A stretch of 64,000 bases of DNA from Patescibacteria group bacterium (GCA_041675145.1 JBAYUK010000002.1:280530-344529); one strand, 5' to 3'; shown: positions 40,709-50,650, numbered from the stretch's first letter. The notes: generated by a model not told the origin, from the letters alone. Program-made: numbers and translations.

Positions 40709-41509
40709 ATGTCAAAATACTACACAGCACAACGAGATAAAGGACTGTATGAACCAGGGGGTACCAAGCCCTTTAAGTTGTCGCGCTCAAAGATTGACCT
40801 TTTTATTTCATGTCCTCGGTGCTTCTATTTAGATCGCAGGCTCGGAGTTGGGCGCCCTCCAGGGTTTCCGTTTGCCTTGAACTCCGCTGTGGATACTCTT
40901 TTAAAACAGGAGTTTGATACCCACCGCGTGGCAGGTACTCGCCACCCTCTCATAGAACAGTACGGCGTTAATGCTCGGCCTGTTGCTCATGAGAACCTCG
41001 AACAATGGAGACATAACTTCACGGGAGTGCAGTACTTGCACGAGAAAACAAACTTCCAAGTATTTGGAGCAATCGACGACCTTTGGATAAATGAGGCAGG
41101 GGAATATATTGTGGTGGACTACAAGGCTACCGCGAAAGAAGAGGCCATCACTACTCTCGACAAAGACTGGCATGATGGATACAAGCGTCAGATGGAGATA
41201 TACCAGTGGTTATTGCGCCACAACGGGCATAAGGTATCAGATACGGGGTATTTCGTATACTGTAATGGTCGAGCAGATCGTGCTGCCTTTGATAAAAAGC
41301 TCGAATTTGATGTCACCCTTATCCCGTACAAGGGATCAGATGAGTGGGTAGAGGGTAAAATCAATGAGGCGTATGGGTGTCTCAACTCAGATGAGGTGCC
41401 AGTTTCATACCCTGAGTGTGACTACTGCTCATATATTAAGGCTGTGGAGTCTCACGAAGGTGCAAAAGGAGCTTCAGCTAGTAAGAAAGCACAGGGGAAG
41501 CTCTTCTAG
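40709..41509 (+). CDS. PD-(D/E)xK nuclease, Cas4/RecB-like family, with four Cys (possible Fe-S cluster). Stand-alone, with no CRISPR nearby.
   Basis: Motifs IDDLWINEAGEYIVVDYKAT (D...E.K with the DYK signature), N-terminal CPRC and C-terminal CDYC. Confidence 0.5.
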   Translation: MSKYYTAQRDKGLYEPGGTKPFKLSRSKIDLFISCPRCFYLDRRLGVGRPPGFPFALNSAVDTLLKQEFDTHRVAGTRHPLIEQYGVNARPVAHENLEQWRHNFTGVQYLHEKTNFQVFGAIDDLWINEAGEYIVVDYKATAKEEAITTLDKDWHDGYKRQMEIYQWLLRHNGHKVSDTGYFVYCNGRADRAAFDKKLEFDVTLIPYKGSDEWVEGKINEAYGCLNSDEVPVSYPECDYCSYIKAVESHEGAKGASASKKAQGKLF

Positions 41510-41587
41510 GTTGAAATTTGTTGACGAGAGTAAGATTTGGTATAATAGATACATAACGGAGGGCGGTATATCACTAGCCCTTTTTGT

Positions 41588-42319
41588 ATGTCTCAAAGAC
41601 ATTTGCCTCCTGTGAGTCTGTTCATTGCTATTATGATGCTAATTGCCATCCTAATCCCGGTAGCAGCCTTTGCGGCAGACCTATCCGGACCTTTAGAAAC
41701 GCATGTTGGTAGTGACCTGGATACGCCAGTAGATGAGATAGTCTTAGTGCCACAGGTACCAAAGGTTTTTACTACTACCTGTACGCAAATAACTAATGTA
41801 AATCCCGACTATATCCCGTATGCCCAGGCAGCAGCAGCCAAGTGGCTCGGAGGGGATACCAATATCTTGTACGCCCTAATCCAAGTAGAATCGAAATGGG
41901 ATGCGAGTGCAAAGAACAGGGTGTCTTCAGCTTCAGGTCTTGGCCAGTTTATTACCGGTACTGCTCGTGGATATACTGAGCTTACTGGTGGGTCAGATGT
42001 GATGCGTCGTGGCAAGAAGATCTCGGCTGCTCCCGAGCGTATCTGGGAACCCGCAACTGTCTTTGATGATCCTAAGAGCCACTTCCCAGAAGATGCCCGG
42101 TTCAACCCTGAACGAGCAATCTTCGCAGTAGCACATAAGATGTCTGGAGCACTCTCAGGTGGCCGTTCACTCCTTGATGCGTATGCAGTTAGCTACCATG
42201 GCTTTAACGCTAATGACGAACGAGGGAGAAGTATTGCATATGGAGCAGGGAATAAGTTTGTTTCTGTATACAAACAACTAGAAAAAAATGGCGGATGCCA
42301 GATTATAGAGAAGAAATAG
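41588..42319 (+). CDS. Membrane-anchored lytic transglycosylase (SLT domain).
   Basis: N-terminal TM. SLT catalytic block ALIQVESKWDASAKNRVSSASGLGQF (E-S...A.S..G.GL.Q). Promoter TTGACG plus TGGTATAAT at 41521-41547. Confidence 0.6.
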   Translation: MSQRHLPPVSLFIAIMMLIAILIPVAAFAADLSGPLETHVGSDLDTPVDEIVLVPQVPKVFTTTCTQITNVNPDYIPYAQAAAAKWLGGDTNILYALIQVESKWDASAKNRVSSASGLGQFITGTARGYTELTGGSDVMRRGKKISAAPERIWEPATVFDDPKSHFPEDARFNPERAIFAVAHKMSGALSGGRSLLDAYAVSYHGFNANDERGRSIAYGAGNKFVSVYKQLEKNGGCQIIEKK

Positions 42320-42326
42320 GGAAGTA

Positions 42327-42360
42327 CAAAAAAGAGGAGCCGAATGGCTCCTCTTTTTAT
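42327..42360. terminator. Bidirectional intrinsic terminator between the SLT gene and convergent PBP1A.
   Basis: AGAGGAGCC-GAAT-GGCTCCTCT hairpin flanked by A6 and T5. Confidence 0.7.
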
Positions 42361-42395
42361 GTCTCTCGTATCTTTCTCTATATCTCTACAACTCT

Positions 42396-44963
42396 CTACA
42401 ACGAAAAGGCTTTCTCATTTACTGCTGTTATACCTGCCTTATCTGTCACGATAGCTTTAAGAGTGAATTTACCTTTAAGGGTTGAGGGAAGGGGGAGACC
42501 TTCAAGGTTGTATGGGGTAACTGCTACCTCACCGATCTTCTCCTCACCGAGGAAGTATTCCACCTTTGCAATGTCCTTTGGCGCAATTACAGATACCGTT
42601 ACAAAGAGCTTACCGTCTTTAACTAAGTCGGTTGCCTGGCTGGTAATAGAAATGGTAGGACGGTCTTTAGCAAGATCTGAACAGTCAGACTTTTCTGTCG
42701 GTACATTATTGAGTCCCGCAGCTTTAGCCCAGTTAGTAACCGCATCTTCCCATGGCTTGTAGTTTGGCAAGATTGAATGGTATTCAAAGAAGATTTTGTT
42801 TTCAGTGAGATCCACAGGACACTTGTCGTCTGCGAGCTTTAATGGTTGTCCTTCAGGAACTTTAACGACACGAACAATCTTATGTACATCGTCATGAGTA
42901 GTTGGTTCTTTTCCTTTTATAAAGTACGCATCCACGATAGGGAGTTTGTCTGCTAACTCTGGTGGGATATTCTCTAGAGGTAACTTACCAGTAAGGGCAT
43001 CGATCTTAACCGTGGTAATTCCTGGTGTGATGTTGAACTGCTCAACCGGAGTTCCAGCCAGCACCTTTCGCATATAGCTGTTCCAGATTGGAGCAGCAGC
43101 CATGGCACCACCACCACGCACCATAGGGGAGTTGTCGTTGTTACCAACCCATACTCCTGTCACAACACTTGGTGTGTAGCCAACAGTCCATGCGTCACGG
43201 TATTCGTCTGTTGTACCAGTCTTCACTGCTACCGGGCGACCAGGAAGTGTAAGAGGGCCACCAAGGCCAAAGATCTCAGCACGAGCAGCATCATCCGATA
43301 GTACATTGGCGGTAAGGAACGCGACATTCTCGTCGAGTACCCGAACTGGCTTGTGTTCATCTGCTTTGTATTCGTAGAGGCTCTTTCCAGACCCGTCTTC
43401 GATTTTGAGGATTGAGACAGGGTCGGTATGCATACCGTAAGTTGCAAATGCAGAGTATGCATTAGCGAGTTCAAGAAGCTTTACATCTCCACCTCCTAGT
43501 ACCAGTGAAAGGCCATAGCGTTGTGGGTCAGTTAGAGAGGTAAGTCCCATCTTGCGTGCAAGAGAAGCTGCTTCATCTACTCCCACTAGGTTGAGAGCCT
43601 CGACAGCAGGAATATTGAGTGAGTTCTGAAGTGCACGGCGTACGGTAACAGGACCTCTAAAGTGTCCGTCATAGTTTTGTGGTTTGTAGTTACCAAAGTC
43701 TGTTTCTACATCCATCAGCATCGTGGTCGGGGCATAGCCCTTGTCGAATAGGGCAGCGTAGATGATCGGCTTCAAAGACGAACCTGGCTGGCGCAGACGA
43801 GTAGCTACATTCACGTTACCGTCGTTTTCGGTATTGAAGTAGTCAACAGACCCTACCATAGCTAGCACCTCACCGGTTTTTGGATCCATAGATACGAGGC
43901 TCGCGTTTTTTGCTCCCAGCGCGTTAATGTTCTTAACAGCAGCTGTTACTGACTCCTCAGCAATCTTTTGTTTGTCTAGATCGAGGGTAGTAGTAACAAT
44001 AAGGCCACCTTCTTCGAGTCGTTGTTCCCCGTATTGTTCTGCCAGTTTTTCTCGTACATACATGACGAAGTGAGGAGCGAGGATTCCGGTGTCTTTGGCT
44101 TCAAATTTAATCACTTCTTTTTTGGCAGCTTCAGCTTCATCTTTTGTGATGAGATCAAGACTTACCATCTGGTCCAAGGCATAGTCCTTACGACGCATCA
44201 GCGCATCAGTATTAGAACCATACGGGTTATAGTAGGTAGGTGCTTGCGGAAGGGCCGCAAGGAGAGCTGCTTCTGCCAGTGACACATCTTTTACATCTTT
44301 ATTAAAATATGTCTTAGAGGCTGCTTCTACACCATAGGCGTTGTTGCCATACGGAATCTCATTTAGGTAGAGAGAGAAAATCTCGTTCTTGTTATATATA
44401 CGCTCCATTTCAATAGATAAGATAAGCTCCTTAATCTTACGAGAAATGACCTGGTCAGACGTAAGAAGGGCTCGTTTTACATACTGCTGGGTAATAGTTG
44501 ACCCTCCCTGAGTGGAGTCACGGTTGAATATATTGAAAATAGCAGCTCGTAAAATACCCTTCAGGTTAAAGCCTGAGTGCTTGTAAAATTCCTGGTCCTC
44601 GAGGGCAATAGTTGCTTTCTTCACTGAATCAGGGATGTCTTCAAACTTTACCAAGGTTCTCTTTTCTTCACCATGGATCTCGTAGAGGAGCTTTCCGTTA
44701 CGGTCAACGATTTTACTCGACTGTACGGCAGTCTGGTTGTTGATCTTGTATGGATTTGGTAAATCCCGGCTAAACCATGCGAAGAGGGTAGCAGTCAGCA
44801 ATACAAAAACAAGCACGGTATATATAGTGGCCTTCTTCCAGGAAACATCCTGCAGGAAACCAGGAAGGCGAAGAAGCCCTTTTTTATTCGAGTAGCCAAA
44901 ATACGTGCCAGCAACTTTCTTGCGACGACGGAAAAAGATTGATTTACGAGGTGGTTGATACAT
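42396..44963 (-). CDS. Class A penicillin-binding protein (PBP1A, bifunctional glycosyltransferase/transpeptidase) with a C-terminal Ig-like extension.
   Basis: GT51 motifs (ALEDQEFYKHSGF, GGSTITQQ). TP motifs SxxK (GSSLKP), SxN and KTG (VKTGTT). N-terminal TM. Confidence 0.85.
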   Translation of the reverse strand: MYQPPRKSIFFRRRKKVAGTYFGYSNKKGLLRLPGFLQDVSWKKATIYTVLVFVLLTATLFAWFSRDLPNPYKINNQTAVQSSKIVDRNGKLLYEIHGEEKRTLVKFEDIPDSVKKATIALEDQEFYKHSGFNLKGILRAAIFNIFNRDSTQGGSTITQQYVKRALLTSDQVISRKIKELILSIEMERIYNKNEIFSLYLNEIPYGNNAYGVEAASKTYFNKDVKDVSLAEAALLAALPQAPTYYNPYGSNTDALMRRKDYALDQMVSLDLITKDEAEAAKKEVIKFEAKDTGILAPHFVMYVREKLAEQYGEQRLEEGGLIVTTTLDLDKQKIAEESVTAAVKNINALGAKNASLVSMDPKTGEVLAMVGSVDYFNTENDGNVNVATRLRQPGSSLKPIIYAALFDKGYAPTTMLMDVETDFGNYKPQNYDGHFRGPVTVRRALQNSLNIPAVEALNLVGVDEAASLARKMGLTSLTDPQRYGLSLVLGGGDVKLLELANAYSAFATYGMHTDPVSILKIEDGSGKSLYEYKADEHKPVRVLDENVAFLTANVLSDDAARAEIFGLGGPLTLPGRPVAVKTGTTDEYRDAWTVGYTPSVVTGVWVGNNDNSPMVRGGGAMAAAPIWNSYMRKVLAGTPVEQFNITPGITTVKIDALTGKLPLENIPPELADKLPIVDAYFIKGKEPTTHDDVHKIVRVVKVPEGQPLKLADDKCPVDLTENKIFFEYHSILPNYKPWEDAVTNWAKAAGLNNVPTEKSDCSDLAKDRPTISITSQATDLVKDGKLFVTVSVIAPKDIAKVEYFLGEEKIGEVAVTPYNLEGLPLPSTLKGKFTLKAIVTDKAGITAVNEKAFSL

Positions 44964-45066
44964 ATTTTAAATGGAACTAGTAAATAAGAGATATATCCGG
45001 AAGAGACGGTTATTTACAATTATATACCATAAGGGTAAAATCAGGAAGAGGTAACACAATAATTAT

Positions 45067-46257
45067 ATGAAAAAAATTACAGATCGTGAAATAGATTCAC
45101 TGCTCGCAGGGTCTGAGGAGACCCCTACCAGAAATAGCCTGATTAAGAAGCTCAAAAGTGGCAAGAAACTTCGTATTAAGTATGGAGTGGACCCTTCAGG
45201 GACGGATCTGCATATTGGACATGCGGTAAACTATGAGAAGCTGCGACAGTTTCAAGAACTGGGGCACCAGGTAGTCTTTGTTATTGGTGACTTCACTGCT
45301 CGTTTTGGTGACCCAACAGATAAGGGAACGATGCGTACTATGAAGACTAAGAAGGAAACTATGGCGGCAGCCAAGAACTATCTTAAGCAGATTGGTTCTA
45401 TTATTGATCTTAAAAAGACTGAAGTACGATACAACGGAGAGTGGTACGACAAAATGTCAGCAGAAGACCTGGCTCGTCTTATGAGTCGTTTTACTCATGC
45501 ACAGCTCATCCAAAGAGACATGTTCCAGCGCCGTATGGCAGATGAACAAGAAATCGGGATGCACGAGATGATCTACCCGATTCTACAAGGGTACGACAGT
45601 GTGGTACTAGAGGCAGATATTGCGTTATCTGGATCTGACCAGCTTTTTAATGAAATGCAGGGAAGAAAGCTCCAGGAACAATACGGCCAAATTCCGCAAG
45701 ATATTATTACGATGCCTATTTTACTAGGTACGGATGGTCAGTTGAAGATGGGGAAGAGCAATAACAACTATATTGCTTTAAATGATAGTGCCGACGATAT
45801 GTTTGGAAAAGTCATGTCTATTCCAGATCAACTCATGCCCCAGTACTTTAGATTACTTACTCGTATTTCAGATAAACAAATGAGCGCATATATTGAGGCT
45901 GTAGAGAAAAAAGAGAATATGCGTGAGATCAAGTTTGTGCTCGCTACTGAAGTTACGAAAAACTATCATGGCGAAAAGAAGGCAGAAGCAGCAGGGAAGC
46001 GGTTTAATGCCGTCTTTCGAGATAAGCAGATGCCCAGCAACATGCCAGAAGTTACTTACGACCTTATTCCAACAGGAGTAGTGGAGTTCGTACACGGCCT
46101 TGGGATAACTACTTCAAAGGGTGAAGCTCGTCGCCTGATCGAACAAGGAGGCTTGTCCCTAGATAGCGCGAAAATCACAGATCCCAAGGCTGTTATCACC
46201 CCACACAAGGGGATGGTGGTACAGGCCGGTAAAAAGAAATTCATCAAAATCAAATAA
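45067..46257 (+). CDS. tyrS: Tyrosyl-tRNA synthetase.
   Basis: HIGH (LHIGHAV) and KMSKS (KMGKS) motifs. C-terminal S4-like RNA-binding domain. ~396 aa. Confidence 0.75.
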   Translation: MKKITDREIDSLLAGSEETPTRNSLIKKLKSGKKLRIKYGVDPSGTDLHIGHAVNYEKLRQFQELGHQVVFVIGDFTARFGDPTDKGTMRTMKTKKETMAAAKNYLKQIGSIIDLKKTEVRYNGEWYDKMSAEDLARLMSRFTHAQLIQRDMFQRRMADEQEIGMHEMIYPILQGYDSVVLEADIALSGSDQLFNEMQGRKLQEQYGQIPQDIITMPILLGTDGQLKMGKSNNNYIALNDSADDMFGKVMSIPDQLMPQYFRLLTRISDKQMSAYIEAVEKKENMREIKFVLATEVTKNYHGEKKAEAAGKRFNAVFRDKQMPSNMPEVTYDLIPTGVVEFVHGLGITTSKGEARRLIEQGGLSLDSAKITDPKAVITPHKGMVVQAGKKKFIKIK

Positions 46258-47870
46258 TGCAAAAGAATATTGAGAAGGTAATCTCCGATGTAATCATAAA
46301 GCTCTATAAGCTGAAGGGTATTTCAGTTGACTTAACTGTGCCTTCAAATACATCCCATGGGGACTTCTCAACTAATATTGCTTTCGCTCTAGCAAAGAAA
46401 CTTGGCAAGAATCCCAGAGACATTGCAGGGGAGTTAGCTACCGAGCTATATACGAGAAGAATATTTACTAAATGCGAGGTGGCAGCTGGCGGTTTTGTTA
46501 ATTTGTTTTTAGGGGATATTCTTTTTGCTCAGACAGTGGCGGATGTTATCAAAAAGAAAGACCATTACGGATCATCTACTTTAGGTAAGAAACAAAAGGT
46601 TCAGGTTGAGTTCATCTCGGCTAACCCTACAGGACCGCTTACACTGGGAAACGGTCGCGGAGGATTTTCTGGAGATACGCTAGCACATGTCCTTAAAAAG
46701 GTAGGGTACGATGTTACCCGCGAGTACTATGTGAATGATGCCGGGCACCAGATAGAAGTTCTCGCAAAAGCAATTAAAAAGTCATGCAAACTCCCGTATC
46801 CTGAAAAAGAAGGGGAAGATATCTATGGTGGACCATATATCGATGAACTAGCGCATCAGATCAAAAAGAAGAAGGGACTTAGGTTCCTTGAGAAAGAATA
46901 CATGAAGGTAGGGGAACTGGCATCTCAGATGATCTTAAAGGATCTTATTAAGAAGGATATCAAAAAGTGTGGCATTAACTTTGATACCTTCTTTAGTGAA
47001 AAAAGTTTGCATACATCAGGGCTCATTAAAAAGACTTGGCAGTACTTGATAAAACAGCACGCTATTTATGAGAATGAGGGAGCGGAGTGGTTGAAAACCA
47101 CCAACTTCGGCGACGATAAAGATCGTGTTGTACAAACGAGCGAAGGTCAGCCCACTTACTTTATGGGTGACCTCGCATATCTCTATGAGCGGTTCCAGAT
47201 GCGTAAGTTTAAAAAGATCATCATGATCTTAGGAGCAGACCATCATGGGTATGTGGGACGTATTCAGGCAGGTTCAGCTTTAATGGGTCATCCAGGAGAT
47301 CTCTCAGTACTCATTATGCAGCTGGTACGGGTTATCCGTGACGGCGTTGAGGTAAGGATGAGTAAAAGAAAGGGGACTTTCATAACCTTGACTGAAGTAG
47401 TGGACGAGATCGGACTAGACGCTGCTCGCTACTTTTTTATATCTAGAGATCTAAATACCCATATGGATATTGATCTAGATATTGCCAAAGCAAAGAACAA
47501 CAAGAACCCAATCTTCTATATCCAGTACGCAAGTGCCAGGATTAACAGCGTAATGGATAAGGCTAAGAAACAAAAAACAAAAACTAGAAATAATAAAGGT
47601 AGCTACGAGTATAGCGAATACGAGAAGACTCTTATTAAACAACTGATGCAATTCCCAGTAATAATTGAGGAGATTGCAAGTAGTCATCAAGTATACCGCC
47701 TTGCACACTATACCTATGAGTTAGCTTCTGCTTTCCATAAATTCTACGATACCAGTCGTGTACTAGGAGATCCTAATGAAACTATCCGTCTAGATCTAAT
47801 CCGTGCTACTCAAACAGTATTGACTGAGTCACTGGGGCTTATGGGGATTAAGGCAGTTAAGAAGATGTAG
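46257..47870 (+). CDS. argS: Arginyl-tRNA synthetase.
   Basis: FISANPTGPLTLGNGRGG (degenerate HIGH), MSKRKG, N-terminal Arg-tRNA-binding domain and C-terminal DALR domain. 1-nt overlap with tyrS. Confidence 0.8.
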   Translation: MQKNIEKVISDVIIKLYKLKGISVDLTVPSNTSHGDFSTNIAFALAKKLGKNPRDIAGELATELYTRRIFTKCEVAAGGFVNLFLGDILFAQTVADVIKKKDHYGSSTLGKKQKVQVEFISANPTGPLTLGNGRGGFSGDTLAHVLKKVGYDVTREYYVNDAGHQIEVLAKAIKKSCKLPYPEKEGEDIYGGPYIDELAHQIKKKKGLRFLEKEYMKVGELASQMILKDLIKKDIKKCGINFDTFFSEKSLHTSGLIKKTWQYLIKQHAIYENEGAEWLKTTNFGDDKDRVVQTSEGQPTYFMGDLAYLYERFQMRKFKKIIMILGADHHGYVGRIQAGSALMGHPGDLSVLIMQLVRVIRDGVEVRMSKRKGTFITLTEVVDEIGLDAARYFFISRDLNTHMDIDLDIAKAKNNKNPIFYIQYASARINSVMDKAKKQKTKTRNNKGSYEYSEYEKTLIKQLMQFPVIIEEIASSHQVYRLAHYTYELASAFHKFYDTSRVLGDPNETIRLDLIRATQTVLTESLGLMGIKAVKKM

Positions 47871-47879
47871 ATACTTGAA

Positions 47880-48656
47880 ATGTTCCAGCCAAAAACAGAT
47901 AAAATCCAAGTTATATCTGAAGGTAAAAAGCAATTGATAGATCAGTTGGAGAGTATTTTTGACTTAAGAACTAAAGTATATATAGACTATGCTAATGTTA
48001 GGCCATGGAGTAACAAACTAGGATGGCATATTGACCTTAAGCGACTCAAGCAGTTCCTTGATTCATTCACTACGGTTGAGTCCGTTAATTTTTATAATGG
48101 ATATCTGGAAGAAGACGAAAAATCAAGAATAGAGCAGGCTATCTTAAAAGAGAGTAACTATGTTTTATGCACAAAACCGGTTAAGGTAATGAGGTTTTCT
48201 ATAGATACATCCAGTATTCCAAGCGACTCTACTGCATTACTGGATCACTTTGTTAAGAGATCTCTTTTAAGGAGATATGAAATAAAGACAGTTGAGTACC
48301 TTAATGATAGGTTTAGAGATATGAACGCACGAGGTGAGCTTTATATTGAGGATAGAAAATGCAACTTTGATGTGGAAATAGGAGTTGATATGTTATTGGA
48401 CAGTGAAAGAGATAGTGCGGATAGCTTTGTGTTATGGAGTGGAGATAGTGATTTTGCAGATCCGGTAAAACGACTTATTGAATCTGGCAAGAAGGTGGTT
48501 TTGTTTGCTACAGCACGTAGAATTTCAAAAGAGTTAGCTGACCTCACGTCAACTGGGTTATATATTTTTGATATCCAAAAGATAAAAGACTTTATTTGTT
48601 GGAAAAAAGAAATGGGATGCAAAAAGGACCCCGGTAAAGGGGCCCTCAAGCTCTAG
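47880..48656 (+). CDS. NYN-domain (LabA-like PIN-fold) protein.
   Basis: IDYANVRP... and DVEIGVDMLLDS...VLWSGDSDFADPV...GKKVVLFA, a NYN signature. Confidence 0.6.
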   Translation: MFQPKTDKIQVISEGKKQLIDQLESIFDLRTKVYIDYANVRPWSNKLGWHIDLKRLKQFLDSFTTVESVNFYNGYLEEDEKSRIEQAILKESNYVLCTKPVKVMRFSIDTSSIPSDSTALLDHFVKRSLLRRYEIKTVEYLNDRFRDMNARGELYIEDRKCNFDVEIGVDMLLDSERDSADSFVLWSGDSDFADPVKRLIESGKKVVLFATARRISKELADLTSTGLYIFDIQKIKDFICWKKEMGCKKDPGKGALKL

Positions 48657-48729
48657 AGTCAGCGATCTTTCGATCGTGAACTAAGTATAGCACCAATGTG
48701 TATATTTGTCAATTGGCTCTAATAGGCCA

Positions 48730-49608
48730 CTATTGCGTTGGTGTGGATAATTTCAGTCTTCTTGAAGACTTATGAAAATCACGCCATGCATCGCCCTTTT
48801 TAGATATACGAGCAAAGATATTTTTGATAGTAAACTTCTGAGGATGCATGCCGGGTTGCGCTAACTCCTTCCAGGTAATTGGGGTGGCAACCGGTGCACC
48901 TGCTAGAGCGCGAAGGGAGTAAGGGGCAATGCCGGTCTGGGCATAGGAGTTTCTCAGGTAGTCTATAAAGATCCGTTTACCACGGTTCTTTTTTTGCATC
49001 TGGGTTGTATATTGTGAAGGGTATGTATCGGCTAGGCTCTGGGCAATTTCTTTTGCCCAGTTATGAACATCATCAAAGCTATGTTCAGGTTTAACGGGGG
49101 CAACAATATGGTATCCACGAGATCCTGTTGTCATAACAAAAGGGACCAGGCCATGTTCTTCTAGTATACCTTTCAGTCTCACGGCTGCTAACTTTAAAGA
49201 AGAGGTGTTGTTGCTTGTGGGATCAAGGTCGAAGATGACTTTATCTGGGTAGTTAAGTTTTTTCTTATTAGAAAGCCAGGTATGGAAACAAAGTACTCTT
49301 TGGCTCGCCAGGTATACGAGGTCTGAGGCTTTGTGTAGTAAGACTAGATCTTCTTTCTCATTTCTGCCCTTAAGGGTAACAGTTACTCTCTTAATAGAGC
49401 TAGGGAAGTAACTAGGTACTTCTTTTTGGTAGAAGCCTGCTTGGGTAATGTCTTCTGGGAATCTCTGCATTACTGTTGGTCTTTCCTTGGCGTGGGCAAG
49501 TAGATAGGGAGCAACCTTTTCATAATAAGAGACAACCTCTTTTTTGGTGATTGTATCCTTGGGATACATCACAGCGGATCCATGTGGTATCTCTAATTTC
49601 TTTTGCAT
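48730..49608 (-). CDS. Stand-alone LigD-like primase-polymerase (Prim-Pol/NHEJ polymerase domain).
   Basis: RPTVMQRFPEDI, FYQKEVP, VIFDLDP, TTGSRGYHIVAPV, GKRIFIDYLRNSYAQTGIAPYSLRALAGAPVATPITWKEL. These match the conserved LigD Pol-domain blocks. Confidence 0.7.
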   Translation of the reverse strand: MQKKLEIPHGSAVMYPKDTITKKEVVSYYEKVAPYLLAHAKERPTVMQRFPEDITQAGFYQKEVPSYFPSSIKRVTVTLKGRNEKEDLVLLHKASDLVYLASQRVLCFHTWLSNKKKLNYPDKVIFDLDPTSNNTSSLKLAAVRLKGILEEHGLVPFVMTTGSRGYHIVAPVKPEHSFDDVHNWAKEIAQSLADTYPSQYTTQMQKKNRGKRIFIDYLRNSYAQTGIAPYSLRALAGAPVATPITWKELAQPGMHPQKFTIKNIFARISKKGDAWRDFHKSSRRLKLSTPTQ

Positions 49609-49696
49609 AAAAAAAGTATACCAGATAATTCTACTTGCAAATACCAGGAGAAAAAAACTACAATAAGGTCAATACTAGACTAAAGAAGGGAGAATT

Positions 49697-50224
49697 ATGG
49701 CAGAGAGTCAAGGACATATGACGTATTACATTGTAGCGGTTGTGCTCGTAGTGGGTCTTGCAGCTGGTATGTATTTGATCCAGAAGAGTAACGCAGCAGG
49801 GGTAAGTGCTGAAGTGAAGTCACAAGAACAAGTTGCGGCAGACCAGAAGGCAGCCAAGGAGCTTAAATTACAGGAAAATGTAACTCAACCAACTATGACA
49901 GCACTAACACATGAGGTTCTTACGGAAGGTAAGGGAGTAGCGGCTAAGAAAGGTGATACAGTGACCGTAAACTATACCGGTACCTTCACTAATGGTAATA
50001 AGTTCGATTCATCACTTGATGCTGGTCGTGAGCCATTTGTTTTCACGCTTGGAGCAGGGCAAGTAATTAAAGGATGGGACGAGGGAGTAGCAGGTATGAA
50101 GGTAGGCGAGAAGCGTAAGCTTATGATTCCTTTCGCTCTGGCATATGGAGAAAGTGGATTTGGTCCTATCCCGCCAAAAGCAGACCTTGTTTTTGAAGTC
50201 GAGCTACTTAAAATTGGGAAATAA
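49697..50224 (+). CDS. Membrane-anchored FKBP-type peptidyl-prolyl cis-trans isomerase.
   Basis: N-terminal TM, then an FKBP domain ([16 protein letters not shown]...[25 protein letters not shown]). Confidence 0.8.
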   Translation: MAESQGHMTYYIVAVVLVVGLAAGMYLIQKSNAAGVSAEVKSQEQVAADQKAAKELKLQENVTQPTMTALTHEVLTEGKGVAAKKGDTVTVNYTGTFTNGNKFDSSLDAGREPFVFTLGAGQVIKGWDEGVAGMKVGEKRKLMIPFALAYGESGFGPIPPKADLVFEVELLKIGK

Positions 50225-50225
50225 T

Positions 50226-50621
50226 ATGTCATACCAAACTAATATTGTAGAAAAGACAGAAGGTAATACGAACTTTAGAACCGTTCTTTTTACAGGAAAG
50301 AAGTCTCAGTTGGTTGTTATGGATATCAAGCCAGGGGAGGAGATTGGAGAAGAAACTCACGACCATGTAGAGCAGACTCTTTTCTTTCTTTCAGGGACTG
50401 GTAAGGCAATTCTTAATGGAGTAGAGTCAGTTGTCTCCGAGGGTGAGGTAGTAGTGGTTACTCCTGGTACTAAACATAACTTCATAAATACTGGAGATAC
50501 CTCTCTTAAGGTGTATACCATCTATGCACCAGCCAACCATATAGACGGGCGCATCCATGTAACACCTGCTGACGCGATGGCAGATGATGAAGATGAGAAC
50601 TTCGGACATGCAGTTGTCTAA
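50226..50621 (+). CDS. Cupin-domain protein.
   Basis: The start is at ATG 50226, 1 nt after the FKBP stop. Cupin motifs G..IGEETHDHVEQT and PGTKHNFINTG are present. Confidence 0.6.
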   Translation: MSYQTNIVEKTEGNTNFRTVLFTGKKSQLVVMDIKPGEEIGEETHDHVEQTLFFLSGTGKAILNGVESVVSEGEVVVVTPGTKHNFINTGDTSLKVYTIYAPANHIDGRIHVTPADAMADDEDENFGHAVV

Positions 50622-50624
50622 TAA

Positions 50625-50650
50625 AAAAGAGCCCAGAAGGGCTCTTTTTT
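50625..50650. terminator. Bidirectional intrinsic terminator between the cupin gene and the convergent dockerin-repeat gene.
   Basis: AGAGCCC-AGAA-GGGCTCT flanked by A6 and T6. Confidence 0.75.
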
